DNA of 64,000 nucleotides, from contig MEOF01000051.1 in NCBI GenBank assembly GCA_001769505.1, forward strand, positions 8,737 through 72,736. The letters run 5' to 3'. The DNA is from Bacteroidetes bacterium GWF2_33_38 (GTDB lineage: Bacteria > Bacteroidota > Bacteroidia > Bacteroidales > GWF2-33-38). The translations under genes and the position numbers were made by a program. Within the stretch, counting starts at the first letter, position 1, and each line of letters starts with the position of its first letter. The notes beneath the pieces were generated by a model, which was given only the letters and a program-made list of their open reading frames with translations, did not search any database and was not told where the DNA came from. This document shows, one piece after another, positions 8,229 through 15,319 of the stretch.

Positions 8229-9062
8229 ATGAAATCACCGAAATTAATAATAGTACCAATCGATTTTTCCAACGACTCGATTAATGCACTTGAACATGCA
8301 ATTTACATGGCTAACAAAATTGATGGCGATGTTAGAATGATTAATGTTAGAAAGGCTAAAACCCAAGATATTCCAAGTTATTTCAAAGATTTTAATTTAG
8401 TTTTTGGAAATACCGTTGAAGGTTATTTCGAAATTATTTTTGAAAAATATAAAGACAGAGTAAAAGGACGATTTGACTATAAAGTTAGAGATGGCAAAGT
8501 TTATCAAGAAATAATTAACCAAGCAAAATACGACGATGCTTACATGATTGTAATGGGAACTCATGGTTTGTCGGGTTTTGAAGAATTTTGGATTGGAAGC
8601 AATGCCTATAAAGTTGTCAGCAATGCCCCTTGTCCTGTTATCACAATTAGAAACGGATTTTTGAGAACTGGATTATCGAAAATTATTCTTCCGATTGATA
8701 TGTCAAGCGAATCGCGAAAAAAAGTCCCTGTTGTTGCCGATTTAGCTTTGATGTTCGATGCTGAAATTCACACAATTGCTGTTCGTGAAACAAATGCTCA
8801 AGATATTGTTGATAAATTAGAATTATATACAACACAGGTTTGCGAATATTTTACAAATAAAAAAGTGCGTTGTCATACTGAGTCTTTGTATGGCGACAAT
8901 ATCACAAATATTACCATTGAATATGCAAAAGGAGTCGATGCTGATTTAATAGCAATTATGACTGAGCAAGATGAGGATATGTACAATCTTTGGTTGGGAG
9001 CTTATGCTCAACAAATGGTAAATCATTCGCCTATTCCAGTGTTGAGTGTTCGAGCAATTTAA
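8229..9062 (+). CDS. Universal stress protein (tandem Usp domains)
   Basis: 277 aa with two Usp halves, including MGTHGLSGFEEFWIGSNAYKVVSNAPCPVITI. Confidence 0.8.
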   Translation: MKSPKLIIVPIDFSNDSINALEHAIYMANKIDGDVRMINVRKAKTQDIPSYFKDFNLVFGNTVEGYFEIIFEKYKDRVKGRFDYKVRDGKVYQEIINQAKYDDAYMIVMGTHGLSGFEEFWIGSNAYKVVSNAPCPVITIRNGFLRTGLSKIILPIDMSSESRKKVPVVADLALMFDAEIHTIAVRETNAQDIVDKLELYTTQVCEYFTNKKVRCHTESLYGDNITNITIEYAKGVDADLIAIMTEQDEDMYNLWLGAYAQQMVNHSPIPVLSVRAI

Positions 9063-9065
9063 CGT

Positions 9066-9530
9066 ATGATTCGAGTTGTTGTTTTTAGCATTTTACTTTT
9101 AGTTGGTTTGGCTTCGTCTGCCCAAACTGTAGCTGTTTCGGACTCTACCAAAAAAGAAGATTATTTCTCGTACTTATCAAATCCTTTTTTGTATCCAGGA
9201 AAGATTTTGATTAAGCAAGATGCTGATATTGAAAAATTGGTAAATATCCATATCGAATATGGCGAAAAAAGAGAAGGTTTTCCTGGCTATCGAATCCGAA
9301 TATTTTCGGATTTAGGTTACGAAGCCCGAAAAAATGCAGAAAATACTCGTTCGTTTTTTATGAAACAACATCCCGATATTCCGAATTATTTGCTTTATGA
9401 CGACCCTAATTTTAAAGTTGTAGTTGGCGATTTTCGAACAAAAAGCGAGGCACTTAAGTTTTTAAAACTGATTGAAATTGAATATCCTAATGCATTTATT
9501 ATCAAGGATTTGATAAAGTGTCCGCGATAA
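9066..9530 (+). CDS. SPOR domain-containing protein
   Basis: Signal peptide followed by SPOR-like GYRIRIFSD...FKVVVGDFRTKSEALKFLKLIE. Confidence 0.7.
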   Translation: MIRVVVFSILLLVGLASSAQTVAVSDSTKKEDYFSYLSNPFLYPGKILIKQDADIEKLVNIHIEYGEKREGFPGYRIRIFSDLGYEARKNAENTRSFFMKQHPDIPNYLLYDDPNFKVVVGDFRTKSEALKFLKLIEIEYPNAFIIKDLIKCPR

Positions 9531-9556
9531 AATTCCATTAGGTTCTCTTCCTTCCC

Positions 9557-9627
9557 TCGTCCCTAGTTTGCAACGAGGATGTAAAGAAATAAGAAGTAGA
9601 ATGTAAGCATTTGAAATGCTGTACAAT
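9557..9627 (+). repeat. Direct repeat, left copy (flanks the 127-aa ORF)
   Basis: cgtccctag, then the 41-nt core aataagaagtagaatgtaagcatttgaaatgctgtacaatt. The core matches 10172-10212 at 39/41 nt. Confidence 0.85.
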
Positions 9628-9749
9628 TACAAACAAGTTTGATAACAATAAATAAAATACGAGAAGACTGAAAAGAAATTCAGCTAATTGACGATGAATG
9701 CTTGTTGGTGATAACTCCAATAGGGGAGAAATGAATAATAATTATAGAC

Positions 9750-10133
9750 ATGAGAAAAACAATTAAATATGTTGTAGTATATATCTTGGGCTTATTAACA
9801 TTCTTTATCGTTTATCACTTCTTTTATGACTTTAATTGTTTTGAAAAGGAGAATAAGGGAGGTGTAAAATTGTCATACAGTAATCATGACATTATATCTG
9901 CTGCAATGAGAAATCGTTTAATCTTAAATAAACCCATCTTAAAAGATGATTTAGATTCTATTCTAAATAATATGTCTCAGGAATTCTCAGGTTTCATTGA
10001 TACATTTATAGTGTTTAAATATTCACCTGACAACCTGTGCTTATGGTTGATCCCCACCGAAAAAGCGGGGATATATGAATTGAAAAATGGAGAAATTAAT
10101 AAATACGTATTGAATGGGGTGGGCTCCCCCTAA
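9750..10133 (+). CDS. Hypothetical membrane-anchored protein (orphan)
   Basis: 127 aa with an N-terminal TM helix (YVVVYILGLLTFFIVYHFF). No motif recognised. The right direct repeat starts right after its stop codon. Confidence 0.45.
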   Translation: MRKTIKYVVVYILGLLTFFIVYHFFYDFNCFEKENKGGVKLSYSNHDIISAAMRNRLILNKPILKDDLDSILNNMSQEFSGFIDTFIVFKYSPDNLCLWLIPTEKAGIYELKNGEINKYVLNGVGSP

Positions 10134-10134
10134 T

Positions 10135-10212
10135 CGTCCCTAGCTCATCATCGTTGACGATGATGAAAAGGAATAAGAAGTAGAATGTAAGCATTTGTAA
10201 TGCTGAACAATT
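10135..10212 (+). repeat. Direct repeat, right copy
   Basis: cgtccctag, an internal 10-bp-stem palindrome (tcatcatcgt-tg-acgatgatga), then the 41-nt core. Confidence 0.85.
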
Positions 10213-10277
10213 TGGAGAAAATTAAAGTGAAGAGTATAAAAAATTAGAGCGTGTAATCCTATATAAATTTTTCCCTT

Positions 10278-10338
10278 GCCTTTGTGAGGTGTTTTCACCT
10301 CACAATTTTAAAATCAGGTGAAAACACCTGATTTAGGC
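10278..10338. repeat. Twin-hairpin element, copy 2 (probably also terminates kdpE)
   Basis: GCCT, then tgtgaggtg-tttt-cacctcaca, then atcaggtg-aaaa-cacctgat, then AGGC. Both stems are perfect. It lies 26 nt beyond the kdpE stop. Confidence 0.8.
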
Positions 10339-10363
10339 ACAGAAATGTTGCTCTGAAGTTGTA

Positions 10364-11056
10364 TTAGACGCTTTTCTCAGCAAATCTATAACCAATTCCA
10401 CTTTCGGTTAAAATGAGTGTTGGTTTGTTGTGATTTGTTTCAATTTTTTTGCGTAATTGCCCAACAAAAACTCTTAAATATTGCGATTGTTCGGCATAAC
10501 CTGGTCCCCAAATTGTTTTCAAAATGAATTGATGTGTAAGAACTTTTCCTTCGTTTTTTGCTAATAAAGTTAGAAGCGAATATTCGGTTGCGGTGAGTTT
10601 CAAAACTTCGTTATTTTGCTTAACAGTTCTGCTTGTTAAATCAATTGTAAGATTTTCAAATTCAAGAATTTGTTGCGAATTTGTGTTTTGTGCGTGGCGT
10701 AATAATGAACGAATTCTTGCCAACAATTCGCCTGTGCGGAAAGGTTTTGTTAAATAATCGTTTGCTCCGCTATCTAAAGCCGAAATTATATCTTCTTCGG
10801 AATTTCGAACTGAAAGAATAATGATTGCATCTAAATACCATTCACGTAATTTTTGCAAAACTTCTTGTCCATCAATGTCGGGCAAACCTAAATCGAGAAT
10901 AATTAAATGTGGTGGATGCATTGCCGCCATTGTAATTCCTTCTTTTCCAGTTGTTGCGGACATTGTTTGAAAACCGTTTGTTTCGAGTGTAATTTCGAGC
11001 AGTTTTCGAATTTGAGCTTCGTCGTCGATTATTAAAATGTTGGTTTTATTGCTCAT
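10364..11056 (-). CDS. kdpE: OmpR-family response regulator, KdpE-like
   Basis: Receiver domain (ILIIDDE...DLGLPDIDG...TKPF) and a winged helix closely resembling KdpE (LTATEYSLLTLLAKNEGKVLTHQFILKTIWGP...ESGIGYRF). I prefer the start MSNKTN at 11056 to the listed 11098. Confidence 0.85.
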   Translation of the reverse strand: MSNKTNILIIDDEAQIRKLLEITLETNGFQTMSATTGKEGITMAAMHPPHLIILDLGLPDIDGQEVLQKLREWYLDAIIILSVRNSEEDIISALDSGANDYLTKPFRTGELLARIRSLLRHAQNTNSQQILEFENLTIDLTSRTVKQNNEVLKLTATEYSLLTLLAKNEGKVLTHQFILKTIWGPGYAEQSQYLRVFVGQLRKKIETNHNKPTLILTESGIGYRFAEKSV

Positions 11057-12212
11057 TTTTCTCTTTTTTAGTAAAATCCGAAAAATCAAAATTATCATTA
11101 ATTACGAAAAATTCGATTGGAATATTAATCGTAAATTTTGCTCCGCTATTTGCTTGATTTTCTACCGAAATTTTGCCTTTATGTGCTTCAATAAATCCTT
11201 TCGAAATTGAAAGCCCAAGACCAATTCCGCCACTTTTCGCTTTTTTCGAATAAAAATATTTTGTAAAAACATTCATAATTTCTTCGCTTGCAAAACCTTG
11301 TCCATTGTCCGAAATTGTGATTAATAAATTGTTGTTTTCTAAATGAATTTTAATATTAATTTCTGAATTTTGTGGTGTATAAACCGTTGCATTGTAAACA
11401 ATGTTGTGAATTGCTTGTTCAATTAATCCTGCATCTAATTTCATTAAAGGTAAATCGTTTTCAATTTCAATTTTTACTGAATGTGATTTTAGTTCGTTTT
11501 CTAATCTATTTTGCACATTTTCAATAACTTCGTTAATATCGCACCAATCTAATTTTGGTTTTAGAAATCCCGATTCGAGGCGTTGCATATTCAATAAATT
11601 ATCGATTAATCGGTTTAACCGAAAAGCGGCAATTGAAATTTCATTTACTAAATTTTCTTTGTTTTTTTCGGTTAATTGTGGCGATGTTTGCGACAAAATA
11701 TTGTCGGAAGCTCCAACTATGGTTGCAATTGGAGTTCGCAACTCGTGTGAAATGGAGTCGAACAAAGTTTTGTATAGTTTTATTGTGTTTTGGCGTTCTT
11801 CTTTTTGATATTCTTCTTTTTCGTATTGACGAATTTTCGATGTTAAAACTCCATTCAATAATGCAACCAAAAAATACATCGAAAGCATTAAAACGTCTTC
11901 GGTTTTGTCCACGTGAAGCGTGAAATGTGGCGGAATAAAAAAGAAATCCCAAATTAATGCACTCAAAGTTGCCGAAACCAAAATCGGGTAAACCGAAAAG
12001 AAAAATGCCAAAAGTGAAACCGAAGCTAACAAAAGCAACGCTACGGTTCTATATCCAATAATGTCAGAAATAGAAAAACAAATAGCTGAAATGCTAACTG
12101 TTACTAGAATTGATATTATATATTGTTTTAGATTGTTTTGCTTAAAATATTTTGTACGCATATAGGAATATTTACGAATCCAACTTAAAATTACTGATTT
12201 TTTCGTACTCAA
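11046..12212 (-). CDS. kdpD: Sensor histidine kinase, KdpD C-terminal core type (DUF4118-like membrane domain + HisKA + HATPase), without the KdpD N-terminal/Usp sensor domains
   Basis: Membrane domain signature LIWDFFFIPPHFTLHV, H-box SHELRTPI and G-box GGIGLGLSISK. An alternative start at 12161 (MRTKYF) would remove the overlap with the upstream small ORF. Confidence 0.75.
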   Translation of the reverse strand: MSTKKSVILSWIRKYSYMRTKYFKQNNLKQYIISILVTVSISAICFSISDIIGYRTVALLLLASVSLLAFFFSVYPILVSATLSALIWDFFFIPPHFTLHVDKTEDVLMLSMYFLVALLNGVLTSKIRQYEKEEYQKEERQNTIKLYKTLFDSISHELRTPIATIVGASDNILSQTSPQLTEKNKENLVNEISIAAFRLNRLIDNLLNMQRLESGFLKPKLDWCDINEVIENVQNRLENELKSHSVKIEIENDLPLMKLDAGLIEQAIHNIVYNATVYTPQNSEINIKIHLENNNLLITISDNGQGFASEEIMNVFTKYFYSKKAKSGGIGLGLSISKGFIEAHKGKISVENQANSGAKFTINIPIEFFVINDNFDFSDFTKKEKNEQ

Positions 12213-12378
12213 CCATGCGTTTTAATTCATTTATGCAAAAATCGTATGCAATTATTTGTCCAGCTGAGATTAGAAGCTGTGAGTTCTCTTTTTGTTCTCC
12301 AATTTCATCGACAAAATTTTCGATTTTCAATTTCTTTTGTTCGAAACGCACAATGACATCTTCTATTAGTTTTTTCAT
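12172..12378 (-). CDS. Hypothetical small helical protein (68 aa)
   Basis: The ORF sits 12 nt after the transporter gene and directly upstream of the kinase. No motif recognised. Confidence 0.35.
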   Translation of the reverse strand: MKKLIEDVIVRFEQKKLKIENFVDEIGEQKENSQLLISAGQIIAYDFCINELKRMVEYEKISNFKLDS

Positions 12379-12390
12379 AAGTTTTTCGAT

Positions 12391-14415
12391 TTAATTGTGA
12401 TGTAAATTCAATGCTTTTTCTAACGAAATTGGAATAATTATGGTTGTTAAACCGTGTTTATACAATCGTCGTTGAATTGAAAAAATGGTATAATTGTGCA
12501 ATATTTTTGAAACTCTGTACATTCCTTCAAAAATTAATTGACCGCCAATAAATGTTGAATTTGGATATTTTTTGATGATTTCGGGTGTCATTTTTTCAAC
12601 TTCTTCGGCAACATCAGTTCCTAACGAAAAACGGAATTCGGCATTGTAGCCCAATTGTTTAATCAAATAAACATATTTATTCAAATCTTGTTCAATATCT
12701 TGTTTTTGTTTTTCGAGATGGTCGGCACCGTGAAAACAATCGCTATCAACAATTCCAACTTGAATGAAAACGAAATTTTTGTACGCTCCGTGAAATGAAT
12801 TCAAAATATTGAAAAGTGAAAAAAGTCCAATTCCAGAATATCCATTTACTAAAATCACGGCTGTTGCATCGGTATTTTTAATTTCGGTTTGAGTGTTTTT
12901 TAATTCATTTTTCGATTTCAAAATATCAACCCATTCGGCAATTTTTGAATTCATTTCGGTTTGAATTTTCTTAATTTCTTTTGCAATTTTTAAATAATGT
13001 CGTTTAATTGAAATGGCAATTGCAACAATTGAACCTGTGATTATTATTGTAATCCAACCACCTTCGTCGAATTTAATTACGATAACTGTTATCAAAATGA
13101 ACGTTGTGAGCAAAAATCCAATTCCATTAATAAATAATTTTCGGAACCATTTTTTGTCGGTTTTTCGAACTTGAAACCAATGTTTTACCATTCCATATTG
13201 CGAAAGCGAAAATGTGATAAAAACATTAATACTGTAAAGCACAACCAAAAATGCAACCGAACCGCCAGAAAGCCAAATCACAAAAAATGCAGCAATGCCC
13301 ATCAATAAAATTCCATTTTGCGAAACCAAACGATCGCTTAAAAGAGTAAAACGACGTGGAAACCACGAATCTTGAGCCATATTTGCCATAACTCTTGGTC
13401 CATCTAAAAATCCGGTTTGAGCAGCAACAAATAAAATTGCTGCTTCAGAAAATAATGTAATAAAAATAAAAATGTAACCAAAATATTTGTTCCAACCCAT
13501 TGCAACTTGTTGAATTAGAACTGCATTTAAAGTTTTGCCCGCTTCCATTTTCACGTCCATTAAAAAATACGAAACAATTAAACCAAGAACTGCAATTGAC
13601 AACGAAATTGTGAGTAAACGCATCGTTTTTATTGCAGTTGGAACTCGTGGTTCACGCAAATTTGGCAAACCATTGCTCACAGCTTCAATTCCGGTATAAG
13701 TTCCCGCTCCCATACTGTAAGCTCGCATAATTAGAAAAAGTGTTCCGAAAATTCCAAGTTCAGAAACCGAATTTGAAAATTCCGAACCTGTTTTGCTAAC
13801 AACAGTTGAAACTTCACTTGCGTGAGATGTGAAAACATAAGCAATTAGAAATATGTGAGTTAGAACAAAAATCACAAAAATTGGAGTTAGTGCGTACACC
13901 GATTCTTTAACTCCTCGAAGATTTAAAACAATTAAAATTCCTAAAACAAGAAATGTGAAACTGAGTTTAAATCCTAGAAAATTAATTGGCAAAAAGCTAA
14001 ACAAAGCATCGGCTCCGCTCGATAACGAAATTGAAATTGTTAACACATAATCAATCAACAATGCACTTCCCGAAACCATTCCAACGGTTGGCGAAATTAA
14101 TCGGCTTGCAACCAAATATCCGCCGCCACCGTTTGGGAAAAGTTTTATAATTTGCATATAACTTGTTGAAATTATAAAAATAGTTGCAACGGTTAAAAGC
14201 GAAACAATTAAAGCTAAATTTGTATGACCCGATAAATGTCTGTAAATTTCTTCCGGCCCATAACACGACGATGAAAGCGGATCGGAACCCAAGCCAACCC
14301 AAGCAAAAAATGCGACCAATGAAATTTTACTAAATGTTGATTTGTCGTTCAAATCTCGAGCTTTACCAATTACTGCTTTTTTTATGCTTTTTGAGTAATC
14401 TTTACTTTGTGGCAT
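12391..14415 (-). CDS. APC-superfamily permease with a ~200-aa cytoplasmic C-terminal domain, KimA (YdaO)-like putative K+ transporter
   Basis: About 12 TM helices. The blocks FPNGGGGYLVASR...GSALLIDYVLTISISLSSGADA, LNLRGVKES and GTYTGIEAVSNGLPNLREP resemble my memory of B. subtilis KimA. I prefer ATG 14415 to the listed TTG 14427. Confidence 0.6.
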   Translation of the reverse strand: MPQSKDYSKSIKKAVIGKARDLNDKSTFSKISLVAFFAWVGLGSDPLSSSCYGPEEIYRHLSGHTNLALIVSLLTVATIFIISTSYMQIIKLFPNGGGGYLVASRLISPTVGMVSGSALLIDYVLTISISLSSGADALFSFLPINFLGFKLSFTFLVLGILIVLNLRGVKESVYALTPIFVIFVLTHIFLIAYVFTSHASEVSTVVSKTGSEFSNSVSELGIFGTLFLIMRAYSMGAGTYTGIEAVSNGLPNLREPRVPTAIKTMRLLTISLSIAVLGLIVSYFLMDVKMEAGKTLNAVLIQQVAMGWNKYFGYIFIFITLFSEAAILFVAAQTGFLDGPRVMANMAQDSWFPRRFTLLSDRLVSQNGILLMGIAAFFVIWLSGGSVAFLVVLYSINVFITFSLSQYGMVKHWFQVRKTDKKWFRKLFINGIGFLLTTFILITVIVIKFDEGGWITIIITGSIVAIAISIKRHYLKIAKEIKKIQTEMNSKIAEWVDILKSKNELKNTQTEIKNTDATAVILVNGYSGIGLFSLFNILNSFHGAYKNFVFIQVGIVDSDCFHGADHLEKQKQDIEQDLNKYVYLIKQLGYNAEFRFSLGTDVAEEVEKMTPEIIKKYPNSTFIGGQLIFEGMYRVSKILHNYTIFSIQRRLYKHGLTTIIIPISLEKALNLHHN

Positions 14416-14566
14416 TATAATTTTCAATTGAATATATTACAATGCAAAGGTAAAGCGAGGCTTATAAGGAAAATATCAAATTATTGAATTGAAGTATAAA
14501 GATTTTATAAAGATTGTCATTAGGAATAGTGCTTATAAAATGGTATTCCGAATCTATAATTTAATA

Positions 14567-15319
14567 CTATTCCCATTTTTTCAATTCCATTTTTTCGCCG
14601 TCAAAAACACAATACGTGAAATTTGTGAGCCAGTCGCCCAAATTAAAAAAAGTTGATTTTTCTTGTAGTTTGATTTCAATCGGAATATGTCGATGTCCAA
14701 AAACGAAATAGTCGAAATGAGTTGTTTTGAGTTTTTCGTTGGCAAACAATACCAACCATTCTTTGTCTTCGCCTCTGAATTTAAGGTCTTCTTCGGTTTC
14801 TGTGTAACGACTGTGAGACGACCATTTTTGTCCTGCCCAAATTCCAAAATTTGGGTGAATTCGTGCAAAGCCCCATTGTGCTAATTTGCAGGTAAAAACT
14901 TTTTTTAATCGTTTGAATCCTTTGTCATAAGGTCCAAGTCCATCGCCATGTGCGAGAAAGAATTTTTTATTGCCAGACACAATTTCCAGTGGTTTGCGGT
15001 GAAGAATAACACCAATTTCTTGCGGCAAATAGTCGTAAGCCCAAATATCGTGATTTCCTGTAAAAAAATGTATGGGAATACCGCTATCGGTAATTTCAGC
15101 AACTTTTCCGAAAAATCTTGTATATCCACGAGGAACGACTTTTTTGTATTCGTGCCAAAAGTCGAAAACATCTCCCAATAAATATATTTCCTTGGCATCA
15201 AGTTTTATTTCGTCGAGCCAAGCCACGAGTTTCTTTTCTCGGATTAAACTCTCGTGGTGATTTGGGAAACCGAGATGAACATCGGAAGCGAAATATATTT
15301 TTTTATTTTCTGTTAACAT
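14567..15319 (-). CDS. lpxH: UDP-2,3-diacylglucosamine diphosphatase
   Basis: Calcineurin-like metallophosphoesterase motifs SDVHLG, GDVFDFW, GNHD and GHRH. 250 aa. Confidence 0.8.
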   Translation of the reverse strand: MLTENKKIYFASDVHLGFPNHHESLIREKKLVAWLDEIKLDAKEIYLLGDVFDFWHEYKKVVPRGYTRFFGKVAEITDSGIPIHFFTGNHDIWAYDYLPQEIGVILHRKPLEIVSGNKKFFLAHGDGLGPYDKGFKRLKKVFTCKLAQWGFARIHPNFGIWAGQKWSSHSRYTETEEDLKFRGEDKEWLVLFANEKLKTTHFDYFVFGHRHIPIEIKLQEKSTFFNLGDWLTNFTYCVFDGEKMELKKWE

